In this document: positions 23,657 through 37,996 of the stretch, piece after piece
Layout: each line of letters begins with the position of its first letter
Position numbering within the stretch: the stretch's first letter is position 1
Assembly (NCBI GenBank): GCA_012295275.1
Contig: CM022673.1
Span: 1,178,001 to 1,242,000, forward strand
DNA: 64,000 bases
Direction of reading: 5' to 3'
Source: Chrysomallon squamiferum
Taxonomy: Eukaryota; Animalia; Mollusca
Position numbers and translations under genes: made by a program
Notes under the pieces: model-generated
Databases searched by the model: none
The model's input: only the letters and a program-made list of their open reading frames with translations
What the model was told of the DNA's origin: nothing

Positions 23657-26160
23657 ATGCCAGTCTCTGACATAAGATGGTCACTGTCTCACCAGCTGCC
23701 TGTGTTTGCTGTGTATGGAACAAAGCGAAAGATAGACTGGCAAAATGAACCAGAGCAAAACATTGATTCAGAGGTTAAATAATTTTTTAAATTTGATTTT
23801 AGCTTTATGATATTTCAGCATATTTTATTAACATGTAGCAGTTCTTTGGTGTCAAGCTTATGTTGTTGTTTTTTTTTAATGGTAAAGTGGTAGAGAAAAT
23901 AAAAAGTACTGTCATCAAAGACTTTTCTTTTTTGTGAACACATTTTCATAGTATTTCAGTAATAAATTATTTATCACTGGCTGAAATTGGAACCAGTCAT
24001 TTGTATCAGCAGGAAACTCATCATTAATTTGTTTTTATTTAATTAGTATAAATTTTTAATAATGAATGATTAATAGATATGAAATGAAATTTTGTTTGAA
24101 AGGCTTTAAAAAAATAAATAATGTTTATATATTTATTGTTTTTATTTCAGTTTAGTTTTAAGACTGAATTGCATAATATAATGTTTGTTGTTTCTTCCCA
24201 GGGGTTGGTTCCTGTTAAAAAACTGTGTTCAACACCGGATGTTCCAGAAAATGGAATGAATGATTTACTTACTCAAAATGTAATTTCTGATAACAGTCCA
24301 GCAAACCAGGTTTGTAACGTCAACCTGTTATCTCTTTTATTAAAAATATGATTTTATCAAAATCACATTGTTTAAAATCCAGTATACTAGATGATAGTTC
24401 TCCAGCAATTCTTAAAAGTAAAAGAAAAGGTTTCAGTGTCACTCAGAAGGATTATTTTCCAGCATTTTTGTGAAATCAATTATTTAAAGTGAAAAGTGTA
24501 CACATATTATCTGTTTTATGTTCTGTTTTGTCCATATTATAATTTTATTTGTTCCATTTTAGGAAAATAATCAACAATCTCATGCTGGTTCTATAGACAT
24601 GGAATCTAGTGATCATGAACTTTGCAACTGGAACAACAATGCATTTTGTCCACAGCAACAGCCTCCAGTAACAACAACTACTCAAAATAATTCAACATTT
24701 GTAAGTGAAAGACAAACTAAACCAGTTTGTCACTTTTTTGTTCGTTCTAGCAAATGGCTATAATTTATACTATAAATAGTAGCGTGGCTAAATACTGAGA
24801 TTTGAAGAATTTGAACAAAACCAACATTTTTGTTCAGGTTCATTATTTGTTCAACCTATCACATTTTTAACAATAAAATTTTATCTGGCTTGATTTATTT
24901 GTTAAATATCTCTTTGGAGGCATATTAGTGAGAGGAAAAAAACTATTACAAAATTTTCAAACCTGACTTACTGAAATCAAGAAATCAAATTGATATTTTT
25001 AGATTACATTATAATTATGCTTCATAATATAAAGCTCCATGATGAATCTATAGAAGGTACAGTATTCTGTTCTGTTGAGAAAACATGTAAGTCTCTATCT
25101 TGAATTAATGTTTTTAAACTGGTAAAACATTTTAATAAATGCTAGCTTCTTGTCTTACAACACAGTGACATATCCACCAGCCCCTATACAAATATTTCTG
25201 TCTAGAGTGGACTTGAGAGTTTTACACAGCATTCTTTTATAGCAGATACATATTAATGTGTGGTCTGTCTGCAATATTAATGTGTGGTCTGTCTGCAATA
25301 TTAATGTGTGGTCTGTCTGCAATATTAATGTGATTCTATCTGCAACACGATAACAGGCTTATGGATAGTATCCTGTTTCTGTGATAAATAATGAACTTTT
25401 AACTCCATGTTAAAAGCTCCCCTTACCCACTTCAGTGAGAAAAAGAATGCCAAGGCACTTGCAGGATTGCCATAGCAACCGTGTGACCAAATTTTACCCA
25501 AAATGTGGCCACATATGGGTGCCTTATCCCAAATAGGTGGATATGTGACTGAGTCATTCAGAAAACTGCATAGCACAAATATGTTGTTTCCTTCAGGCTG
25601 ATATTACCATGGATCTGGCTGAAGAAACACATACTAATACTCAGCTCCCAGCAGAAGCTGAATCTATGCATAATAACATGGACTCAGACTGTGTTCCTGA
25701 TTATCAGCAATATAAGATGGTTTTCTGTGATCCAAATTGTGTGTAAGTTTGATTTACATTTTAAGATTAAATTTTAAATGTATTCATGTTACAAAGTGTA
25801 GAAAAATCTTTAAGTCAAGAATGTCTTTTTTTTCTTCTTCTTTTTTTTTTTAACCAAAAAATTTATCTTTCATTTAGTGATATAAATTTCAGTATGGAGA
25901 CACAACACAAGTCCTTTTTAGTTTCAAAATGATTATTATTTTTTTAATTTTATAACAATAAATGTATTTATAATTTCCTTTTTATGCAAACCTTTTGTTT
26001 GATTCTGGGAGCTGAAGCTTAATGAATTATGAAGTAACATTTAAATAATATTTTCAGGGGTGGTGATAAAAGTCCTACATCTGGAAGAGTGCGATGTTAT
26101 TGCAAGCCATCATGGGAAGGGCTTGATGCTCCACGGCCATATGTATCTGACTATTATTAG
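23657..26160 (+). CDS. Uncharacterised protein, 203 aa, 5 coding exons, largely low-structure/acidic with basic KRK..KK motif and Cys/aromatic C-terminus
   Basis: Exons 23657-23773 (MPVSDIRWSLSHQLPVFAVYGTKRKIDW..; acceptor at 23645), 24202-24309, 24563-24700, 25597-25742, 26058-26160 (..GRVRCYCKPSWEGLDAPRPYVSDYY*). Canonical splice sites, phases 0,0,0,2 match, no internal stops. Confidence 0.8.
25250..25344. repeat. 24-bp tandem repeat, ~4 copies
   Basis: atattaatgtgtggtctgtctgca x3 perfect plus one diverged copy. Confidence 0.92.
25466..25479. promoter_or_regulatory. RFX X-box-like motif
   Basis: ATTGCCATAGCAAC vs consensus GTTGCCATGGCAAC (12/14), ~3.3 kb upstream of the Tectonic ATG. Confidence 0.35.
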
Positions 26161-29100
26161 TTTTCACTTGATCTCAATATATATTTTATTCTTCATATCA
26201 AAAAAGAAATATTTGTTGTTTAAAGATACTTTTTCACAAAAAGGATATCAAAACTGTTTCTTATAAGTGTTTCTTTTTGTAAGAAGGTGAAGAATGGTTG
26301 AAAGTATGAAACGATATACTTATCAGTCTTTCCGAAATTTTATACATTGGATGTATTTGTTATTATGAACAGATCTGAAGAATTGATCTGGAAAGGCTTC
26401 AGAATTTTCCTTCAGTATGACAGTAGTTAAGCTTCAAAACAATCCACATCTTAATATTTCTATTTATAAATTATGAAGATGGGCACTGTGTGTATATTAA
26501 AATGTATGAAAAAGGAATAGGATATTTGTTTGATATCACAAATTGCATTTTCTACGCAAATGAGTAGTGCCTTACACTGTTTTCTTGCTAAATATTTGAA
26601 ACATTTTTAAAAAAATTATGTTTACGTGTATATATTAGGTATTTTATGTATAACCTTACACTGTACTAGGTGCTCTTATATTTTACTTTTTATTTCATTT
26701 AGTTAAAGAATGGCACTTTGTTATTATTTGAAAAAAACTTTCTTCCTTAATGTGCCATCATACAAGATTTTGGGTTTGCAATGCAAGACAGTAATTGTTC
26801 CTTTACCAACCTTGTAGAGTCATGGGCCAACAGCCAATAAACAAAACAAAGGCTGTTTTACTTAAATTTTATTTTGATTTATTTTACTCTTCACAGTTTT
26901 TATTTATTTCACTATTCTCATTTTAATTATTAAGATGCTGTTATGTATTTAAAGTCAACTGATCTCAGAAAAATTATGGTCATTCATATTCACATCATTC
27001 ATACCCAGTGATTTTGTTTTAAACAATTGCTAATTCGATTAAATAAATAAAAAATCTGTCATTAATTGTTTAATGAAATTTTTGGATAAGAGGAAATAAT
27101 AATGTAGACTGAATTATTTGTTTTCCATAAAATATGTTTCGTTAAAGTAAAGTTAAACGTTAATGTTCAGATGCTTCTCCACTGAATTAATTATACACTG
27201 GTGCAAACAAAAGTGCTGAATCAAATGTCAACTATACATGTAATTAAAATATTAAAAATTACCTTTTTTATAAAAACAAATTGATGAGTGCATTGAAATA
27301 ACCTTTTACACTGTTTTTATTGTTGTTCAGCATTTACTTTAAAACTGTATTGGTGCCATTTTCATTTTTTTATGGAATTGTTACATATCGTATATATTAT
27401 ACATTTGTTTTCAGTTATTTTATATGAGAAAAAAAATGTTATCCAAATATAACAGATTATTGAAAAACACATTAAAAATTAAAAGACATACTATCCAGTA
27501 ATATGTATTAAACCACAAACTTAGATAGTTTAACAAAGTAATGTAAATTATTGAAGATTCCCCACACTGGATAAACAATCAAACAGTTTTGATGGACAGA
27601 TAAGATGCAGAGATGTGTAGTTTTTACATTTTCAAATACAATCTTTCCTTCAAAATGTTATCTATTTAATTTACCAAGTGTTGATTTTCTTTTGTTCTTA
27701 ATAATTTTTTCCCTTTGGTTTTGATTTATTTGTTGTTAGAAGTTGTTACTGTTGTGTACATTATTCTAGTTGACAAAATGTCTGTTACATGCAGTTATTA
27801 TTGTAATATTATTTATTACAGTTCATTATAATTAATATTTGTCCATTGTAAAGGTTTGGAAAAATTTCTGAAGTTGAAAAGTAAATAGCACAGTTTTATA
27901 AATTAGGGCTGTATTATATAATCATTTTTTAAAAAGTGGGGGAAAAAATCCACAAGACACTTGAGATATGTATCATTTAATACAAAAATAACAATTTTAA
28001 ATTTATTTTTTTTACTAAGATTAGAATAAAAAATAAAATGTAATGTCGTTTTTATTTTTTTATTTTTTAAAAACAAATATATAGCTTAACTAAGACAATT
28101 TAAAACATGTAGAAGGGGGAAAAAACCCACAAAGAAACATTTCACAGAAAGAAGATGGTGAATAATTTTTCAAACTCTATTACATGGATAATAAGAACAA
28201 AAATAATTCTATTGTATGTAGGTAAAACCCGGATTCATTTTATAGTAAATAAAGAGTAGATATAAAATTAAAAAATTGTACTGATTAGTTTTGGGTATAT
28301 TAATTCAAAATTGTATTTTGTTCATCATTAAGGATTCCCTGTCTCAAACATTTTGTTTTGCGCTAATTTAAATTTTAAATCTATTCATTTAATTTTACTG
28401 ATCTTAATTTTCCTGATTGAATTTTCAGTTGTCTATTTATAATACAGTTGAAAAGAATTTTTTATTTTCATTTAATTTTGTTCATTTTAAATCAGAAGAA
28501 AAATTATGAAAGGAATTTCTGTATTTGAAACATATTTGTTGTATTTAAGGGATTTGGAGTTCTTTTTTTAATACAGAAGTGTAAAATTTCAATAGAAACA
28601 AAACTGAAATGATTGAAAATTATTGATGCGACAAAAATTTAATATCATTTTTCCATTATGGGTGTTTAAATTAACATTTACTTAATATTAAAACCCATTT
28701 ATCATATTGTTAAAATTATCTGATGTGGATGAAAAATATACATATATATACCTTTATTGGTATTATTTGGATATTATAATGTATACAAAAATACAGGTTG
28801 TTATTAATTACAGCTGTTTTAACTTTTTATGATGTTTATTTTAGTTTATTTTTAAATTGTTTACATTTTGCCATTTAAAATGTAAAAAGCACAATTTTAT
28901 TATTTTGTGATTTATGATGTTCATCTGTGTATTTTTGAATAAAAAACCAATAACAACTGGAATTTGTTTATTTTATGTTGTCGTAATTTAGTTTTAAAAA
29001 CTGATTTAGAAGGTATTTGATTATTATATGACACTGTTTAGCTACCAAAACAGAAAAATAGAAATATGTGAAAGCTGACTTCTCAAAGTCAAGGGATTGT

Positions 29101-30075
29101 GGAATGTGAAATTTTAGAATTAATTTGAAATATAATGGTTAAAAATTATGGATCTCTTAGTTTCTGTATTATTATTCTAAGGAAGGGAGGGCATTTATTT
29201 TATTTTTATTTTTTAAATATAAAATCAAAATATTTAAATCCTTTGTAAGTAAATGTTTAAAAGAACATAGGTTATGGTGTATACATTTAATAAAATGAAT
29301 AAAACCAAAATCATTTTATAATTAAATAATTTATTCAAAATGTATAAATAGTAGAATTTTTTTTTCCAAAATTATGGAAAAAAAGTCAATGCTATAGTCA
29401 ACAAATTTAATCTGAAAATCTCTCTCTTCAAACAGAATTCTTTCAATCATTGAATCCATCCAATTCCATAAATTTATTTTACTAAAACTAATCATTTGGT
29501 CCCAAACATAGTTATGCCGTGATTATGACAAACGACAGAAACGTGATTTTCTTTCTAATAAATTGATAATTCTACTTGTTAAAAATGTTTTTATTTTATT
29601 TAAAAATTCAATATTATATATGTAAATTTCATATCTTTGTCTTCTGTTGAGCCTTAAAACTGGTAGTATTTGAATGTTTCTTTCCTACCAAAATTTGAGC
29701 AGCTACCTCCAACATATTTATATGTTCTTCATTTACTGGGCTCTTATTTTCAGTGTGTGAACAGAAAATAATAAATGAAAATTAATGCACAAACTGAACA
29801 GATTTACAAAATTTTACATTTCTGTAATAAAAAGAATATGTCATCTGTCAAATAAGACCGCACACTTTATTCTATGTTATGGAGGATTTAAGAAAACAAA
29901 AATTACAAAAAAATGCATTCACAAACTTTAGAATGAAAGAATATTTAATACTACATTTCAAACAAACAGTTCCCGAAATGAATTTCAACAATTTTTCTAT
30001 GCATTGCTTTATGCATCTCCATGTTATTTGTTTTAGTTGCCTTGGAATTTTTTTTTTTTTTTTTTAAATATAATT

Positions 30076-33000
30076 TCAGACAGATATGCTGCCTTCTCTG
30101 AAATTTGTTTTTCCAATCAGTGCATTGATAACAACACTGTGACCGTTCCTAGAATCAGCTGCAGCTTTTTCTAAAATTTCTCTGATCTGATCTTCATTAG
30201 TTCTGTCCAGTCTGTAACCTTTACCACCATAACCTTTGGAAACAATTTCATAGTCACAAAACTGAAAGAAACAAAATTAATTTACAAACATTTGTGTATC
30301 AACAGGTCAAAGGAATATAACATTAACGGTTAATAAGAATAAGTAATTTTCTAAAACAAAAAATTTGTTTCTTTTGTTTAATCATTTGCAAGAGAAAACT
30401 TGTATGCTAGTCTCATTTATATCAGTTAAAAATCCTTTATGAAGTTCTTTCCACAGATTAGAAAATCTGTTGTGATCTTTGATATACCACAAGTTAATGA
30501 GGGAAGAAGTCCAACTGAGGAACCATGAAACAAAACTTACAAATAGAAACAAAAAGTCATCACATGAATGTCAAATAGCAATTTTTATAACTGCAGTGAT
30601 TTTAAAAACTGTTTCTAATTTCAGTTAAATTAATTAATGTTATGTTCAGGTAGTTCTTTTAGAAAAAATAATAATACCAATAATAACAGTACAAAATGTT
30701 AACTTACTGATAATTTGCAAGCAACATCTGTTTTGAATGTAGGTACTTGTTCTCTAGCTATCTGCATCCAGCAGGCATCATTACCTATCAGTGCTACTAT
30801 TGGTGTCTGAAAAATTATGAAAATTAACATTAAAACTCATACTCTTATAATACATAACAAAACATTTATTACTGTTGTCCTTACTGATTTTAAGAACTGA
30901 AAAAAAGAATACAGCATTTTTTTTACAAACTTTGTTACATGTTAATATATACACATTCCCCCACCACTTTTAATGCTTATTTCTTCTTTTTCATGAACAA
31001 AATATATTCATATACAGAAACAAATGCATCGATTAAAAACCATTTAATGCCAGTATATGAAAACAACTCAAACAAATTATAAATTTATTAGTTCCCAGTA
31101 TTTTGTACCTTATGTCGTGTGAAAGTATCAATCTCAGCGATGCTGTATCCTGAAGAACCATCACCATAGATAATCCACACATCACTGTCTGGCCTACAAA
31201 TTTTAGCACCAAGAGCAAATCCTCCACCAACTCCCAAAGTTCCAAAGGCTCCTGGATCTAACCACTGAAGAGGACCCCGAGGTCTGAAACAGAAACAATG
31301 ATCTCACAGTCTTAAAATGATTAATGATACTAATAACAACCCTTCAGACTTTCTAACATTTTTCTATTACTAAGATATACATACAAAGTTAAATAAAATT
31401 AACCTCATGAGTGGTCTGAAAAAGAAGAAGAAAAAAAGAGATATTTCTATTTGGCTGCAGTTTAAAACATTATATTACTAAAGAACACATTCTTGAAAAT
31501 AAATATATTCAGATTGAAGTCTACCAGTTCATTTCAGTTTGGGAAATCTTGATATAGATGGACCTTTCTGACAATATTTTTCTAAAATTTCTATGAAAAC
31601 CAACAGCTTATATAATTATTAAAACATTCATTTATTTTGATAAACGTTAAAATGGGAAAATGTGTTTTGTGAACAGATGCATACCGAAGTATGTAAGCAG
31701 CTGTTGCCACAAAATCACCACCATCAGCGACGAGGATGCTGTTGTCGGAAAGAACATCCTCCAGAGTCATTAGAATCTTTAATGGATTTAAATGGACATC
31801 AGTTGTTTCTTCAGCTTTTATCCTACAATTATACATTCAGTGTTATAATAACTATAGAAATTAAAATACAATACATAGATTTTTAAAGAATTATCCTAAT
31901 CTATAATCACAGTGAATACAATTAATTAGTTTATTTATGTTTTTAAAATAATTTTAGAATTGTATATGAAAATGACTTAGACTTATAACACCTACAAACA
32001 GTTATTGCAGATCAGCTATTACTTATCTGAATACCTCCAGATCAGACTTAAATATTTACAGGTTTTATTTGTATGGAAGACATTCAATACAACTTCCAAC
32101 ATTTACAAAAATAAAAAATACATTTATTAGATGTCTGAAATCATAATAAAATTTTTATAACTGTAGAGTAATTACAATTTATTAGTAATCAGAATTTTCC
32201 AAATATAATCAGAACAACCTTTTTATTCTTGTATTCAATTGTCATTTAATTATTTTTTTATTATTATTATTTGGGTTTTTTCTGGTTGCATCAACTCATT
32301 TAATCAAAGGTATGTACTTGAATTAAAAAAATTCAAATCAGAATGATGAGATTTGTATTACTGGTTGAAAATATACTTGAAATAAAAAATATTTAAATCT
32401 GCTATATATAACTGTTAACGAAATACTTAAACGTGATCATCAGTTCTCAATCTATTTTGAGAGGAACCTTAAGTTTCCTGACACGAGAGCCATGCAACCC
32501 TGAGGCATATTAATGTCTTGCATGTGACCTTATTGTGGACAACCCTTGACCATGGTTTTGGTCATGTAATCAGCAGAACAACTGTGATGATTTTTAGAAA
32601 GGAAAACTGCATTCATCTAATTTTAGTGGTATTTACCTATTGGCCTTCACTGTTTCGTTATCTCTGTCAATCAGCAACTTCACCCAATCAGGATCACATG
32701 TGTAGCCTTTCAAACCATGAACCAAATCAACGACAAACTGGCCAACATCTCCTTGAACTGCCAGAGTAGGTTTCCAGAACATATCAGAGTTCTACAAATA
32801 ACATACGTTCCTCTGTTCTGAGACTTTGTTGATTAAGATGAATTTAATGTTAAATCTGGTTATTATTATGCACATAAAGCATAAGAACATATAAATACTT
32901 AATACATTTTTAAATAAATGTATTAGATGATGTACACAACATATTAATCTTAAGTCAGTTATATTAAATTTAATATTATTTATAACCAAAGATAAAACCT

Positions 33001-33648
33001 TGTTTTTATCATTTACTGTATTATTTACCTAAACTGTAAAAATAAATAATCTAAAAGCTTTTTTTTTCATACTTTTCAGTAATTGTTTTGTTTCTCATAT
33101 TTGCCAGTATTTGATTCCTGACAGTTAATATAATTCTATGAAAATAGATATAGAAACTGAGCTTTTCAAAACACTCTTGATATTTCATAACATATACATG
33201 ATATAGAAATGTGCAAAACACACTCTTACAAAAAAGAAAAATCTGTCATTTTTCAAAGAGGAAAATCATAATATGGAGAAACATAACTGATAATGAGATT
33301 TTACTGTAGATAATTATGTGATACTGTCAACAGATAATATCTATCAAATTGTGCAATTGTAAAATAGTTTATACACTCATTTATTAAAAATGAATCATAT
33401 TTTCACAATTATATAATTTGTTTCTGACATGTTAATGCTACATTAAAATAATCAATACCTTGTATAACTGTTCCTTGTTTCTGTTCACAGCAATAATTTT
33501 TGATTTTCGACTGAAAACTTTTCCATATTGAAGTCGAAAATCACAAACTGCACCTAAAACAAAGAAGCAAATTTAATTTTATTAATTAAGATGAAAAAAC
33601 ATAATTATTTATCAAAATTAATATGTATCTCTAGATTTATGATGTTAA

Positions 33649-33685
<37 letters not shown>

Positions 33686-34041
33686 GAAGAAGAAGAAGAA
33701 AGAAGAAGAAGAAGAAAAAGAAGAAGAAGAAGAAAGTAATATACTGATCTGATGGGGACTAAATATTTTAATACTCTATTTTGTGATTTTCTGTCTGGAA
33801 TGAAATATTTCATTATGCCAATTTAAACCAGTCATTTTGTTCTGTGATAAAAAATAATTATATTACAACTTTCAAATAATGAATTAAAAAACCCCTGAAA
33901 ATTATCGAGTATGTGAGTAAGATACAAGTGGCAAAAGCAAACCTTAAAATTTGTTTGAATTTATATATATAATGTTTAATGCCACTTCACATTTATTTGG
34001 TATTAGGGAAGAGGAGGAAGAGGAAGTGAGAGAGAGTGAGT

Positions 34042-34117
<76 letters not shown>

Positions 34118-37100
34118 GAGAGTGGAAGAGAGAGAGAGAGAGGGGGGGAAAGCAGAAGATGAGGGAAAGTGATGACTACATTATGGAGAGACAGTGTATG
34201 TTGAGGTGTGTATTCACAACACGTGAAGTGTTCTGTGTTCTAACCTGCTAGAATGACGAGGTCTGCATCTTTCAGAGCATCGCGTCGCCGCTGTCTCGCC
34301 TGAATCGGACTGTTTCTGCCCAACAACCCACGTGACATTCCTCCAAGAAAACACGGAATCCCAAGTGACTGGGAGAAAAATAGAATATAAATAAAACAAG
34401 AACTTTTTTAAAACCAACACCAGTGTCAGGTCAGAGAATATTTGTGGATTGGTGGATAAATAACTGAGGGATACATTTGTCTTGAATATAGGGATATTCT
34501 TCTTCTTTTTCTTTTTTTTATGAATGAAAGTGAAAACATTCATCCCTAAATCCATTTATCATTGATAGCTATTAAGCATATTGTGAAAAATGTCAGTGAT
34601 GCAACAAATTAGCCAAGACAACACCCAATAAGATAACACCTGAAATATAACTATATTCTGCTATGAAATTATTGTTATTTGCAATATAAACATTCGTCTT
34701 TAAAATTATTATCACACCTCCAGTGCTTCTCTCAGATCATCTGAATGGACAGGAGGTAGTGTAGCTTGACTGCCAACCAGAATCACAGGCTTCTTAGCTT
34801 TGGAAACCAGTTCAACACATCTTTGAACTGAAATAACAATATTAAAACTTAACTTTTGTAATTAATTTTCTTTTATTAATAAATTTCATTTTCTAAAGAA
34901 AAAAATATATTCATTCATTCTTAATAATAGTATAACTGTTAGTATTCTGAAAAAAAAAAAAATTAACTAATCATTTGCAAAGACAAAAAAAATTGATTCG
35001 TATCATTTCATAGCCATTCCAATTTTTTTTTTTTTTTTTTTTTTTTAATATTTCCTAAAATTGGTTATATCCAATATTGTCAGATTATCATTATTATTTT
35101 TTTGAATATTAGAAATTCATTTTGATTTTTAATACTAATTTGTTTAATGAGTTTGTCTGATTACTTGTAACAACCTTGTGTCTGAGATGCAATTGGTCTC
35201 TTGACTTGCAGAGGTGTTTTATCCCGTTCTTCAAAGGCTCCAGCAAACAGGTTATTCAAGTGATTTTGAAGATACCTAATATGAAAATTACCATATTAGG
35301 AAATGCAAATTATGGGTATTAATAAATGATGATGAGTTACATTCATAATAAAAGCAGTAAACTTTTATCATTTTTCTAACAAATAAAATTGAATAAAAAT
35401 GTTGGGTTTATTTAAAATCACCCAGTCGATCTCAGCAATCATTTTAAATAGCATCTAGTTGCACATGTATGGATAGTGATTTCACCCATGTGGAAACTAA
35501 ATTTATGCGGATCTCATGTGGACGAGATCACCTTCCTTCATTAACAAAATTTTTTTAGTGTAACAAGACAGTTAGGACACAGATAGTCATCACTTTAACA
35601 AAATTCTTTATGATTCACAACTCATTATGTTTATGCATATTGTTGTATAATCACCAAAAACAAAATGATCATTGTTAAATAAAACATTTCTTTCTTTCTT
35701 CCTCACACAACACTTACCAGTTGATGATTTTCTGAACAATTCCACCACCTTTGTTTTTTATTCCAAGTTCTTTCTGAACCATCTGATATGGATAAAGGGT
35801 ATCAATTGGGAATTCAATAAAAACTGGACCTAAACAAGAAATATTAATCAAAGACTGACCAGCACTGACCAACTGAACATTTAAAATAAAACAAAAAAAA
35901 CCCTAGTATGAGCAATAATAAAAAAATGAAAGCAGTACCCTACATTTATGAAACAATTATGAATAAAAAGTAAAAAAGATTTAAGATATATGTTTTTGTA
36001 TATACAAACTGGAATTAGCAGCAGACTGATGAATTCACATCAATGCAACAATCCTGAACATCAGGATAGCACTATACCATAAACATTTGACCCAACCGTA
36101 AATCGCATTACTACTACCTAATATCTTTAACTATAAGAAAGTTCCAATTTATTTGCATGTGTTTCAGCATGTGTTTCACCCCAAGATCAAAACATGAACA
36201 ATGCGAAAAAGGTATGCACCTTCTGCAAGAAATTAAGCAATTGTTCCAAAACTATCACTGATGCACAATATATGACTACATAAGTTAAATGCATAAATCC
36301 TTTAAGACTGATTTTATTTCTGTACTGTGTACCTGGAGTTCCAGACTGAGCAATCTGTAAAGCTTTCTGAACTGTTGGCACAATGTCTCTAAGCCTGTTG
36401 ACAGAGGCTGTGAACTTACACAGTGGTTTGAACAGAGACAGCTGATCTATGTCCTGCAGAGCTCCTCTGCCCTGTAAAATGTACAATGGAAATTATCTTC
36501 TACACTTCTGTAAAATAGTCATGAAGAACCCAGACTGCAAATCCTGGGAATTAGCTGTATTTCAAATAAAAATAAAAAATAAAAATAAATAAATAAATAA
36601 AATAGAATAAAATAAAATAATTAAAAAAATAAACAATAATAATATGTTACTTTTAACTTAAATCAGAAAAGGTAGTATCATAGCAGATTATACATTATAC
36701 ATGAATGAACTACTGAAATTAACACAGTGGCAGAAGTACATTTTGGGGGCCCTGAAACTTCAACAATTATGGTGGCCCTTTGCAATTCAGCAAATTAGAA
36801 TGGGTAACCACTGTTATTTTCTTCTATGGCATTGCTCCAAGACAGGTTTTATAAATTTAGACACATCTCAGATTTTTATTAAAAGATTAAGCAATATGGA
36901 TTAAAGTTGCTTCTTGCTCCCCTCTGCAATTAGGGGCCCTGAAGTTTAAGCTTCATTAGTTTCGTAACAGATCTGCCCCTCAGTAAAAGTCAACTAATAC
37001 CTTGAGTAAAGTTGCAGCAGCTCCACCTATGAGCAAGACAGGTGACTCAGCCATCTGTGCATTTTTCACAGCAGTGATAGTGTTTGTAAGACCTGAAAAG

Positions 37101-37932
37101 CAAACAGTGCCTTAATCCATCAGTAAATTATACATAATGTTTATCAGTAATGTGTAAAAAAGAAACTCTCTACAAAGTTATAGTATAATTATAATACTGA
37201 AATATCAAACAAATTTAACATTTATTTTTTAAGTAAAGTCATATAATATTTTATGTGAAAAAAGATAAAAATAAAAAAGATGAAAAAAGAGATGTATATA
37301 TTTTTTAAATAATTTACTTTATATTATTGTGACAGTGATTTTTAAAAAAAAACAGTTTATCTTAAAATACTGTGAAATGATGTTTTAAAATAGTTTATTT
37401 TATAATATTGTGACAGTTTTTGTTTCTCAAAAGTTAACTTCATAATATTTTGAAAATTTGTTTAAAAGTAGTTTGCTTTGTAATAATATGATAGTGTTTT
37501 TTAAAAATAGCTTACTTTATAATAATGTGACAGTGTTTTTTTCAAAACAGAATACTTTATAATATTGTGACAGTTCTTTAAAAAATAGTATACTTTTTAG
37601 TACTGTGACAGGATTTTATCAATTTAAAAATAATTTTTCTGTACTCACCTGGACCTGCAGTTACTGCAGCAACACCTACAGTTCCTGATAACCTTGCAAC
37701 AGCATCGGCAGCAAACACTGCAGTAGCCTAAACAGAACAAAGAAAACAAAAAAACTTAAAAAACTAAAATAGAGTTCTGTTTTATTCTTCAAATCAACAA
37801 AATAAAACTAATAAATAATTAAATACAAATAATAATAATAGCAACAGAAGTAAAACTGGATTTCTATTTTCTTGTTTGTATAAACAACAACAAAAAAAAA
37901 AAAAAAAAAAAAAAAATAATCATAATAATAAC

Positions 37933-37996
<64 letters not shown>

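Noticed and set aside
8425-37612. Tandem arrays as CRISPR-like repeats
   Set aside because: Eukaryotic context; units are contiguous without unique spacers and no cas genes.
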